Positions 1 to 11,259 of a DNA stretch of 64,000 nucleotides are shown piece by piece (positions within the stretch are counted from its first letter, which is position 1; every line of letters begins with the position of its first letter). The notes beneath the pieces were generated by a model. That model saw nothing but the letters and a program-made list of their open reading frames with translations. It was not told where the DNA came from and ran no database searches. This stretch comes from Phoronis australis (Eukaryota > Animalia > Phoronida): assembly GCA_002633005.1 (NCBI GenBank), contig NMRA01000013.1, positions 893,348-957,347 on the forward strand, read 5' to 3'. The position numbers and the translations under genes are program-made.

Positions 1-2722
1 AAGAGATACAACTTCATAGTGAGTGGCATTGGAGAACATCTGATAGGGGTAGTTATTATTCACAGATGAGATATAGACAGACCTTTTAGGCAATTTGCAA
101 TGTTGTTGATAGGCAATGTGTCACCCCCTCTAGTATGTCATAGGGACTACGCTACACCCGGTCTCTCAATATGTAAGTCCCATGTAGTATAACGGCAGTA
201 CGCTAAATTTGGAGTGGGAAGTAAGAAACTTTCACTTCATTGAAAAAATTCAAAAACTTCAAATGACAATTATACAAGTATTTGCCGTCTTCAGCAACCT
301 TATACATACTTTCTAATGAGCATGTTTTTGTGAATTTATACAGATTATGCAATGAATACAAACTCCACCTTTTATAATAATAAGTACAGCCATCGTGACA
401 CATGCTGACATAGGTCCAATGATGTATAAAATTGGACCCAACAGTACCTCAAGTGTCCAACCAGAGCACTCTAAGTGAGGACTCGTTCATCTTATTAACA
501 GTTGCTCGCACAGCAACCTTCCAGAAGTCTACTGCAAGGCTGGAGTTGGTGACCTGCAGGTCGCCAATGCAACCTCAGATTTCGTTTGGTGACCTGGTAA
601 AAATCCCAAATCACCACTCACACATCCGAATCCTCAAAATACTGTACACCGCAGATAGTAAACAGAAGCGAGTTGGAAGTAATACCCAATAACTGGAAGG
701 GACGTTCTACCGAATGATGTCTTCATAATGTGCACAGACTACCAGTTGACAATTATCCAACATTTATATGAACCAGGACTTTCAAAGCACCCCTGCATTG
801 TGTTTCCTTATTTTGACAAGCTCATTTCCCATTTGACAAATGGGGGAACTTTGTCCTTTACCAAGTCCCATTCGGTTGAGCATCAAGCCCTGGAACTGTG
901 GAACATCAACGCCACAAAACTACACAAGTATAGAAATTCTGAACAGCTTGTCATGAAGTTCTCTTACCACATTTCTGAGTCACTTACACACACATCACTG
1001 TTCAATGGTGCATGTCCTCACATCTCAAAAACTGACAGGTGCCCGTAAAATCCGAAAATCGGCCATTTTCAGATTTTGCAGCCAATTCAGAGCAATCCCA
1101 ATGAACATTTGGGTCAATTAATCAGATATCAAAATGAGATTTCGGGAAATAAAAGTTGAAAGGACTAGTATTCTTAGAATAAAATGTTCTAGTTCAGTTT
1201 GTTATGCAAAGACTACAGGATAATATGAAAGAACTCACGAAATTTATCAGGTTTCTTTCCTTGGGCAAATTTTGTTGCGAGTGCCTCGTTTTCAATAATC
1301 ATAGTCTTTAATCTTGTGTGATTAGCAAAAGGTCTTGGTTAGTTATAGAACAAATTCATCTTGTTACAGAATTCAAATTTTGAGAATTAATCTACCTTTA
1401 AGAGATTAAAATAAATTATCTGACCTTTGGTAGATTACTGAACGCGCGTACTGGACTTTTTTGTCTCGGAGGATTTAGCAACAAGCCTGACACCTATTTG
1501 TTGCTACAGACACTAAATATGTTGCAGACCCTGCCAGAGAACGGTTCGTGCCGTGGCTAGTGAGGTCATCAGGCGAAAGCGGACCGTACAATCTAGTTTT
1601 ATCGCCGTGCCTACCCAAGCAACAATCCTCAAAATATCAGAGTTGAGACATCTGGAAATTTCCGAGAAAATGTTGTTGGGAAATTGATTGGCAGAGAGCT
1701 TGATGGATTCTCGTCAGTATCAAACCGCGGACTCTGATCTGATCTAGTGCCTTCTGCTAGTGGTCTCCGAGCTGGGGGCGCATAATGTATTTTCTGAACC
1801 GCCACGTTCTCAGCACGGGTACGGACAAAAGCGAAGTTGGTGCTGGTCTGATAACTTTTTTAAATTTGATGCAGTGATGCAGTTTTTAGTTGCTTGTCAT
1901 CAATAATAAGTCACTGCGACCACTGAACTACGTAGGTGTGTGCGTCACTGAGCTCGGCAGTCGCCGGGAACCGCGTCTTCACTTTATTTCCGGTGCTGCT
2001 TCATTTTACATAGTACTGAGCTATGCATTCCAATTTCAGTTATCTCAAGTTGCATTCTTAAGCTGCATTTCACCCTCTTTAGCTTCCAAAAAAACGAAAA
2101 TCCGACTGAGCTCATCCACTCTGATAAAATCTCAGGGCTTGCCTCATTGGCCCTGCCGAGAAAGTGGAGACTCAGAAACTTCTCAGCGCACTGGACATAG
2201 TAACGCTCAACTCGGCCATTTCCAAAATTCGAAACTTCGAAAATGGCCGAATGCAAGCCCGATACACTGTTATTCCGGCCCTAGCTGTTACTTGAGTTGC
2301 ATTTGCCAATAATTTAAGATTGGGTACTATGGCCGGTAACTGTCTTGATGTTTTAATTTTGGTTAAGGATTCAACACTGACAGCTAAATTGCAGCCGAAA
2401 TTTATTTTTTAAGTTCTGCGATCTAGTCTCAGCGGTAATTTTACCCTTTTTCATCTCACCTGTGTACATTGAATGGTTAGAAACAATATTTGATGAGTTT
2501 CCATATGGATGGCATCAGAAGTCAGTGAGAGTGTCGGAGTCGGCGTGCTAGTTTGACGTTTTGGGGACAAAATCAGATATGTTTTGTCTCAGTGTAATTC
2601 CTAGAAGAATGACCATTTCTTGACCTCACCGGCTGCTCCGCAGTGGAATGATGGCCGATAGTGGCCGCCGTCGGCAGAGGAGAATGCCACCCGATTTCAA
2701 TTAGTCTTTTTTACCCTCTTAA

Positions 2723-4211
2723 AGGAGAATGCCACCCGATTTAATTAGTCTTTTTTGCCGTCTTAATCGGTCTATATCCACATCGCCTCGCATACGGTCG
2801 ACCTTACCTTGCCAAGAGGTGTCGCGTTAACCTGTGANGCCGTGAAACATCTCCGTGTCTGTGGCCTGCAGACGACGTCGGACGTCGACAGTGCCTGATC
2901 GAATGCCGGCCCTTACCAAATAACTCCATGCGTTCCGTTGTCTGAACTTGTTCACGGCGCCTCTAGTATTTCTTCATCACTGTATTCCTGTTCGAATTGA
3001 TAGCCTGTAAAACTTAACGATCCACCTGCGAATTCGGGACTGATGAGCTCTAGCTCGTCCTAATCGGGATTGCGACGGTTGCCATATTGGCGTTTATTAC
3101 TGAGCGTTCTGTTTCAAAATGAATTATTCTCACCCTAACCAATACTAATATAAAACTGAAACAAAGTCTGTCTCATTAGATGCAATTTATAATGCCTTTG
3201 GAGTCTTCGTGAGTGCAAATGATTTGAAAGGCCAGCAATGAATAAATCACTGCGTTACCGGCATTAGGTGCAATAAAACTAATTGACAGGACACCGAGGC
3301 CGTGTGAGCTCATGCTAATTTAGTGTTTGCTGGCAGAAACTGTTGTGAAACAACTCGATTTCCATCCTACGGCTAGGTGTTAGGGGAATCTTTATTTACA
3401 TTTACATTTCTCACTATGATTGTCAATGTACAACTTCTGCCCTGACGGTGCTGTGGCCAAAGCGGAACCTGAATTCGCGGCTCCCGACGAGTAAGTAGAT
3501 TTCAATTTCGTGGCTAATTCACCAACATAATCACGTGCCGTTACTTTGGCTCACTAGTATAGTATTTTATTGACTGGAGAACTTTGGCTAGTTTATGTTC
3601 GTGATGTCTGATCAGTTTCCGAGCCATTCTGGCCGGGATAACGCCGTCAATCCGGGCGGCTGCGACGGGCCTGATCAGGCTCCGAGCCCGGCCGCACTGG
3701 CCAATATAACAAGCGTTTTGTGTTTAGAACTCAAAAAAATCATAAGTTTGCACAACACAGATCTAGGCTCTCCTGTCTGTATCTTACGGAAAATACTTCG
3801 AATTTATGTCCGAACAGACCCCAAACTCCTCCTACGGATTGGCCTGCCCCCCGAACTTTGTAGGCTACGGTGTGTCCAAATACCCGGCAATAAATCCGTA
3901 AGTGCGAAATAACTTGAAACAACACGTTTTTATAAGAACTCGGTGTATTTTTAAGGGTTTTACATCGAAGTTTGATAATTTATTGGTGTTAAACGATGAC
4001 TTCAAGCGATAAGCTGTCACCAGTAACCCTTCAATTGGTTCTAGTGTGAACTGCTGAAGAGACTGCGTGTGAAACCGATGATGTCATTGGATAATTTCAA
4101 CACCTCCGTCTGCCGTCAGGTGTCAGGTAACGCAACCGTACGTGTCGTTATGGAATAGAACTACTCGATCTAAATTGATACAAATTAGGTTGTTTTTTGG
4201 GTGGCATGCTC
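2723..4211 (+). mobile_element. Non-autonomous Kolobok-type element (inner copy) inserted at a TTAA of the outer copy
   Basis: TTAA (2719-2722), then AGGAGAATGCCACCCG. Right end GGGTGGCATGCTC at ~4199-4211 lacks the last CT and TTAA. Colinear with 4211-6128 and with 23889-25469 (reverse). Most of THAP is missing at a single n (2838), which may be an assembly join. Confidence 0.7.
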
Positions 4212-4310
4212 GGTCTCCACATCACCCCGATCGATCTTACCTCGCCGAGAGGTGTCGCGTTAACATGTGAGGGTGAGAAACGACGCAGCGACGTCAGTGG
4301 TCCTTCAACT

Positions 4311-4506
4311 ATGGTGTCATGGTGTATCGTTCCCGCTTGTGCGAACTATGAAGCTGCGAGGAAAGCGGGTATATCGTTTTTTTCGATTTCCTCGAGAGCC
4401 TATAATGCTTCGGAAGTGGCTCGCGATGGTGAAGAATGAAAAGTACGCGGCTAATTCCAAATATGAGGCCTTGAAACTTCTCCGTGTCTGTCAGTGGCCT
4501 GCATTT
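4311..4506 (+). pseudogene. THAP zinc-finger remnant (N-terminus of the Kolobok transposase ORF), frameshifted
   Basis: Joining two frames gives MVSWCIVPACANYEAARKAGISFFRFPREPIMLRKWLAMVKNEKYAANSKYEALKLLRVC/GLHF, the THAP pattern C-x4-C...FxFP...W...RVCxxHF. One frameshift lies in the T run at ~4377-4383 and another just before GLHF. Confidence 0.85.
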
Positions 4507-4689
4507 CGATTTTTTTGTTGATCAGTTTTTCAGTGATTATCATATGGAAAGTTGTAGTTGGCCATGAAAACATAAACAATTTCAATTAATTCAAGGCGTG
4601 AGAACATAACGTTTTATGTAAACTGTTTGATGACTGACTCGTTCTTTAGGCTTCTGTGTGGTCCTCCGGGTGTAGGATGTTTTCGCCAC

Positions 4690-5056
4690 TTCTCAGTTTT
4701 TCTCAGCCCCGGCTAAAACGTCGTAAGCACACCTTTTTTGATGCGGTGCAAAACCAGGATGGTCCCGATGGGACACATCTGCGCTTCTTCAAGAATTCTC
4801 GTTTTACTTGCGGAATTTCGTGGCAGCAAACATAAGCGCCAGTCGTTCCATTATCGTGTAGTTAGCTAACTGACACCACGGCAAGTTCAAACGGTTTTCA
4901 GAACTATTCATATATTCTGGCGTTGTCTGTGCACGGAGCCTCTCTACTATTTCTTGATCAGCGTATTCCTCTGAAACCTAACAATCGACCTGTGAAGTCT
5001 TCGTCGGATGGAGACCCGTGTAAGTCGGGATTGCGAGTTGCCACGTTGACGTTCAT
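4690..5056 (-). pseudogene. Cys-rich P2X7-ballast-like (probable KolX-type) second-ORF remnant of the Kolobok element
   Basis: Minus-strand frames give EEYADQEIVERL...ENRLNLPWCQLANYTIMERL / YVCCHEIPQV...C / DHPGF...CAYDVL. Sister copies keep the N-terminal SFTGYQFE(P/Q)EY motif (~2985-3016 on -, ~24980-25012 on +). It resembles the WCxCxxC..CC..C...HxxF pattern of P2X7 C-terminal-domain-like proteins. Confidence 0.6.
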
Positions 5057-6284
5057 ATTGTGTGTTCTGTTTCAAAATGAATTATTCTCACCCTGATTTC
5101 AATGCTTATATAAAACTGAAACAAAGTCTGTCTCATTAGATACAATTTGTAATGCCTTGGAGTGTTAGTGAGTGCAAATTTTTTGAGATTAAGCCAGCAA
5201 TGAATAAATCACTGCGTTACCGGCTTTAGATGCAATAAACCGGCTAATTCAGTGACCGGGCACCGAGGCCGTGTGAGCGCGTGCTAATTCAGTGTTTGCT
5301 GACAGAAAGCTGTTGTGAAAAAATAACTCAATTTTATATCCTATGGTGAGATGTTAGGGGAATCTTTATTTAGATATTCATATACATTATTGAAATCATT
5401 GTTACTGCACAACTTTTGCCCCTGCTAACGGTTCTGTGGAAGGGTATACTCGCGACCCCCGACGAGCTAGTAAGTAGATTTGTAGTTTGCGGCTAATTCT
5501 CCAAAATAATCATCGTGCACATTTTTTCTTTGGCTCACTAGTATAGTAATTTCGTGACTGGAAGTTTAGTTTCCAACTTTGGCTGGTTTATGTTCGTGAA
5601 GTTCAGTTCGGCCGCGATGGGCCTTATCGGGTTCTAAGCCGCACTGGCCGGGATAGCACTGAGCCTGTGTCAGAATTGAAAAAATCGCAAGTCTAAAATT
5701 ACAACACGCAGCTATGTTCTCATGTCTGTATTTCACGGAAGAATAATTTGAATTTACTACCAAACACACCCCATACTCCCGCGACCGACCTTGCGCGGCC
5801 CGCTACCGAACTTTGTAGGCTACGGTACGTTCAAATACCCAAAAATCCGTATCAGCGAAATAAAATAACACGTTTGTTTAATAACTCGACTCTATTTGGA
5901 AGGTTTCTACATCGAATTTTGATTTTTTATTGGTGTAAAACGATGAATTCAAGCGATAAGCTGACACCAGTAAGCGTGTTGTGAACTGCTGAACAGATTG
6001 CATTCGAACCTCTGACGTCATTGGTTAATTTCAAAATTTCCGTCTGCCGTCAGGTGTCAGGTAAAAGAGCTGTAGGCCTACTCGATCTGAGTTGGTACAA
6101 AACAGTTTTTTTCGGGTGGCATTCTCCTTTAACTCCACGTTTCAAAGTGAGTTTTAGGCTATGATACAGATGAATGGCAATAGTTTCACGAAAATCGTCT
6201 GTGAAAACACTTAACTCATCGTTTACAAACGATACACGCGTTCATTCTCAGTTTCATCGCAAGAAATAACTTCAAAAACACCAG

Positions 6285-6420
6285 AGCCCGGTTGCATAAA
6301 AGTTATACGCCGTATAGTAACAATGACGTCGCATTATCACACGTTGAACAATGCACCTGACGTCATGCAACAATCAAATTTATCCAGCGGATAACTTTTG
6401 AAGCTTTATGCGACTCAGCC
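6285..6420. mobile_element. Small Harbinger-type MITE
   Basis: Imperfect TIRs AGCCCGGTTGCATAAA ... TTTATGCGACTCAGCC, flanked by CAG on both sides (3-bp TSD). Confidence 0.5.
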
Positions 6421-6868
6421 CAGGATAGGAAGCATACTTTGCCTGGACCAAACCCGGCCAGACACTGAGAGAACGCCAGGGTAGTTTGCCTATCTTCAGT
6501 TTTGGCACTGTCGCGGGTGTCATCTTCCCTTATGTCTCTGAAAACCACCCGAAGGCAGACACAAGTATGCGACTCTAGTCGGGAAAGCGGTCACTAAAGA
6601 CCAGGTTCCTTGCAAGAAAAGCAAGATCTCGCAAGACCTCGGGAATGAAAGGCGACGGTGTTTCGCGAATATTACGTGTTCTAGAATTTAGCAGATCCCT
6701 TCTAGCAAAATGGCGGCCATTGAAGAGATTGATCGGTGAGTTTGAAGTGGTATATACTCCAAAATTTTTCATTAGTGACCATGTGTCTAAATGCTTCATG
6801 ACTGATCATTTGAAGCAGACCAAGACTGGAAATAGACCAGAACTTTAAGAACGCACACGTGCGCTGTC

Positions 6869-7045
6869 ACATGTGCGTACCCAAGGGGGGGGGGGGTTGG
6901 GGGGTTCGAAACGAGCCCTCCATATTTGGCGAAGTGGGTAATAAGGTCCGCCTCAGAGAAACAAAAAGTCCGAGAAAACGACGCACAGTTCACAAACCTG
7001 AAGTTGGTACCTCGCCTTTATGTTAGCAAAAGGTCCATTTCTATT
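6869..7045 (+). mobile_element. Partial copy of the CATGGGCGCACCCAG-ended MITE family
   Basis: CATGTGCGTACCCAAG + G run, then AAGGTCCGCCTCAGAGAAACAAAAAGTCCGAG, shared with 10974-11259 and 17086-17360. No right end seen. Confidence 0.55.
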
Positions 7046-8496
7046 CGTCAGAGATTCGAGCATGTGTCAAATTTTGAAATTCAGTTTTAATATACACACG
7101 ACATCTCAGTTGTGAAATATGAATTTTATGCCTCCAAAAAGAAGAACAGTTTGTGCGTTGGTGACAAGTGCGCATGTATTGTACTTTGGGCTGATGGCCA
7201 TGTGACTGTACAATAAATTATTTCATTGCGAACAGGAAGTCATTACCAATGTCTTCCTTATAATATAACGTATTTCCATTTAGGTTAGAAGTTCAAAATA
7301 TGATCTCCCATGGTGTAAAACTAGCACTTTAGTTATTTATTCTGATCCTTATGTTTGAATTACAAACTCGAGTAAAACCTCGATATTTCGACTAAAACTC
7401 GAAGCTTCGAGTTCAGACTCAAACTTTTCACATTAATTCTTGGGTCATCAAGTGCAATCTTGGATTAGACAGTTGTCAACGTACAAAGCATTGAATAGAG
7501 AGTTCGTGGAACTGTAGAATGGAAAACGCAAAAAATAATTTCGAAATCGATTTCAAGTAAAAAGGTTAAACCACAGGCTCTGCAACGATTTAAACTCTGA
7601 ATTACGGCGGTGTCTGTTCAAGAATTCGTTACAATTACGAAACAATGGTTCGCCACAGAGAATTATTTGTTGGCAAATAAAACTAAAGCATTTTCATTAA
7701 ACTCTACAAAGGAAGAAATGATTATGCTACAAGAATGCGGCTTTTTAAAGTCCGCCTTTCTGTCTGAAAGTTTCGATTTGATTTGGCCATTTACCTTTAC
7801 AAAACTAGTCTCAAGTTGTTCCTTAATCAAAAGAATTGACACTTTACTATTTCTTCAGACTGAACCGGTTAAATTCCAGGTCACACTATTACCGACCCCA
7901 GGTATCACGTCTAAACTCAGTAGGGAACAAGATAAGATAAATTTTATAACTGTAAGTTGCCCGAATTAAAACTTGTTTTTTTGATGAAAAGCACGGACTT
8001 AAAATGCCGCTTTAGGTTGTGTAATCAAAACATTTCTGTTAGTTGACATAAAGAACAGGCTTAAAACGCAGCCTTTTAAACTTAAATGTTCGGTAATCAA
8101 TACATGCAAATTCCCTCCCAGACGGAGTCACCAGCCTCCACCAAATCCGTTGCCGTCACTGTTACCGTTGACTGGGAAACATTTCGAAACGTGGGTTATC
8201 GGATTTATGAGTAAGGGATGCAACGACAGAAATGTAGCCCATGAGATATTAAAAGAATTAATGGTTATTGACTCGGCGTAGCTTTTGATGTCCGACACTA
8301 CAAGATGTGTTTTTTCGCTATCTTGCCTGTACGGCAACAGTGTGGAGATAACTCTGGCCACTAAGATATTAGAAGATAATAACACGCTTGTGTTGGCTAA
8401 ATAAGTAAACGAACCTGAGTCACTTCATTCAGGGAAACCAATTGGGGAGTGGAAGTGGAACAAGTGAACAGCATCTGTTTTGAATTGAACAGCGAA

Positions 8497-9222
8497 ATGG
8501 CATCCGGAGTTCAACCATACAATTCATACAGGAATTGGCTACTCGATCAAGCGCCTATGGGATCTTCGTGGTTCGAAGCATTGAAAGCCGAGTTCTCCAA
8601 AACATACTTCGAGGACATGCGTCGTTTTTTGGAAACGGAAATCGCAGAGGGGTTCACCATTTGCCCACCAGTCGATCAGATTTTTTCGTGGACCTTCATG
8701 TGCCACATCAGTGATGTTAGAGTGGTCATAGTTGGTCAAGATCCCTACGTTGATCCAAGGCTGGCGCACGGGCTTGCTTTCTCGGTCCCATATGGATATA
8801 ACGTGCCTCCAACTTTGCAAAACATTTACAAACTGCTAGAAAAAGATGTACCCGGGTTCCAGCATCCAGGCCATGGCAACCTTACTGCCTGGGCAACACA
8901 AGGGGTCTTGCTACTCAATGCGTGTCTGACTGTGAGTGTGAATGAGCAGAATAAACGACACCCACACCAGAACAAGGGCTGGGAGACGTTCACCGATGCT
9001 GTAATCAAGTGGTTGGATGCAAACTTAATCGGTGTGGTTTTCTTACTGTGGGGCGAGAATGCTAAGAAGAAAAAGTGGTTAATTGATATGGAGAAGCATT
9101 GCGTGCTGATGACCTCTCATCCATCTCCGATGTCTGCTCGGCTGGGATTTGATAAATGCAACCACTTTTCGAAGGCCAATTCTTACTTAGGGGAGCGTGG
9201 AATTAATTGGATCTTGGAGTAG
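8497..9222 (+). CDS. UNG: Intronless family-1 uracil-DNA glycosylase (animal-type catalytic domain, divergent), 241 aa from first ATG; the frame is open from 8419 and the track start is GTG 8449
   Basis: All family-1 motifs occur in order: VVIVGQDPY, AHGLAFSV, PPTLQNIYK, HPGHGNLTAWATQGVLLLN, GWETFTDAVI, VFLLWG, HPSPMS, HFSKAN. No introns or disablements within the domain. ATTAAA lies at ~9356. Confidence 0.93.
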   Translation: MASGVQPYNSYRNWLLDQAPMGSSWFEALKAEFSKTYFEDMRRFLETEIAEGFTICPPVDQIFSWTFMCHISDVRVVIVGQDPYVDPRLAHGLAFSVPYGYNVPPTLQNIYKLLEKDVPGFQHPGHGNLTAWATQGVLLLNACLTVSVNEQNKRHPHQNKGWETFTDAVIKWLDANLIGVVFLLWGENAKKKKWLIDMEKHCVLMTSHPSPMSARLGFDKCNHFSKANSYLGERGINWILE

Positions 9223-10973
9223 AAACAAGAAGAAACACTAAAACCAGAAACCAGCTACGCCATCACCAGCGACTCGTCTCACCATCCGCCAATGAGTTCT
9301 AGAAAAGGTACTGCTCAGAGGTCGTCCTGTACTTCGTCCTGTATACGATAAAATAATTAAAGATAACTATTAGTTAGTATTATATTTACGATGACATGAT
9401 AGTCTGTTTACCAGTATATGCGCTCTTGGTGAACTGGCGCATTTCTCAAAATGATCGTGGGATAGCGCCGCCAGCAGAGAGAGGTAGGCCTAGATCTACG
9501 ACCGTATGTAGAGATCATTTCATTGTTGTAGTATTCCAAGCACCCATGTGTTCCTTTCATCATAGATACGAGTAAGCATGCAACATCGACCCAAACTCGC
9601 ATCGCCAGCCTTGGTGAGCACAATCTGGATTTGGGGGGACTTGTATCCCGCAATTCTGTGCTGTGGGAAGCGCACCTATCGATTTTCGCTTATCCTCAAT
9701 TAAGGTCAACGTCTTCATGTTTTTAACAATCCATATATAGTAACGTACCGTTAAGTTAATTAAATATTCTTGAATTGAAAACACGAGAACGTTTTCTATC
9801 GAACAAGTACTCACTGAGTCGACCTGCACATGTACGCCAAAGTTGGTCTTCAGTTTTGCATGCTACAACAGTATTGAGTGTCCCAAGAATGACAAAAATT
9901 GCATTGAAACATAAATGTACGAAAATGGTTATACTGGGAACTATTGTTTTCTTGTAATTGTAGAATGTCAAAGTCTCTTTTGAAAGACACAAAAATTAGG
10001 AAAACTGTCACAATTGACTTGTCTAGTGTGACGTCATTTTGACGTTTTGGACCCAAAATTAAAAAATGAATAATAATCACTAGGCCAGATTGAAGTAACG
10101 CTGTAATTTATTAAACACTTTGAAAATTATTACCTGGCTATGGACCTAGTCAATCTTAATCCTTTTCAACTCCACGCGAGCATATAATTGGTGCAACCGT
10201 TGTCGGACCAAACCGATTAAACCAAACCCACAATTTTTTGTAAAAATTTCAGATGCTAAAGTGCCTCCGTAGTTACAGCATTCGGAAAAAATCCAAGACT
10301 TATATGTGTTTTGAAAATGTGATGTGAGAGTGCATATCTAACAATATTTTTGGGTCCAAATCGCGTCACAATAGTGACAGATACGTCATAACTAAACTTT
10401 CGAAAACCTCCCGACTCTTGCACAGCTGGCTCCTTCAACTGCTACGTTTTGTGTTCACAATGGACTAACTGCAGAACGCATAGAAACTGCTCTTTAAAGA
10501 GAGCAGAATTTAACAGTAGCACGTACTAATCGAATCTACAAGCCCGCTCTAGCAGCCGAATGCTTTGCCATTCAATGTAGTTTTAAATTCCACATACAAA
10601 TCGTGCAGCTTGAGTTTTTATGCCAGGTCTGCATAACACAACCATTTTCCTTTGTATGATCTGAGATGAGGAAAATCTCCATGTTTCCAACATTGTGACA
10701 AATCTGAACAAATCCAATGTGTGAATGAAATATTTCTAACCTCCTAAATCTAAATCCACCTTTTGCGTCCAGATTCACCAAGCTCACCCATAGTATTACA
10801 CACTGACTTGAAAAGTTTTTATCATCACTCATATCCAGTAGCTTTCATAAAAATTTGATTAGTTTTGTCTGGCAGTGTACCTAAACAGGAAGTCACCCTA
10901 ACTCACCAAGGACTGCTGCGTTCTGCTCGCGATAGAACGGACATTCGGAATTATTTATTTGCACATAGGCCTA

Positions 10974-11259
10974 CATGGGCACACCCGGGGGGGAGGGGGC
11001 TCGCTGGGCTCGAATGATCCCCCCCCCCCCAATTTGGCGACTTGGGCAAAAAGGTCCGTCTCAGTGACGGAAACAAAAAGTCCGAGTAAACGAGACAAAA
11101 GTCCACAAAATCCCACGGGAAGTCGGCGCGGATGCACAATTCGTGGGCCTGAACCTATAGCCCCCGTTTCTTTTTAGTCCTCGTTTCTTTCTTTCAGTAA
11201 AAGGTCCGCATATCGAAAAATTCTAGTCCCCTCTATATTTTTGGCTGGGTGCGCGCGTG
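10974..11259 (+). mobile_element. hAT-like MITE (CATGGGCGCACCC...GGGTGCGCCCATG family)
   Basis: Ends CATGGGCACACCCGG and CTGGGTGCGCGCGTG. Reverse-complement homology to 17086-17360 along its length. TSD unclear (GCCTA/ACATA). Confidence 0.65.

Larger units (their letters stand above)
2678..6128 (+). mobile_element. Non-autonomous Kolobok-type DNA transposon (outer copy), interrupted near its left end by a related copy
   Basis: Left end AGGAGAATGCCACCCG at 2678; right end CGGGTGGCATTCTCCT ending at 6128 is its exact reverse complement and is followed by TTAA. The left flank is GCAG, so the left TSD is missing. The body resumes at ~4210 and holds a THAP remnant (+) and a Cys-rich remnant (-). 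RR termini, a TTAA target and THAP are Kolobok hallmarks. Confidence 0.75.

Noticed and set aside
430-2320. ORFs 432-692, 728-1048 and 1890-2312
   Set aside because: No recognisable domain. Probably decayed DNA-transposon sequence, but I could not define termini or family.
2678-6128. KolobokP-style long terminal direct repeat architecture
   Set aside because: There is no internal region between the two units, and the split left end is explained by nested insertion.
6869-11259. UNG captured between two MITE copies as a composite transposon
   Set aside because: The left copy is partial and diverged, and no shared TSD flanks the pair.
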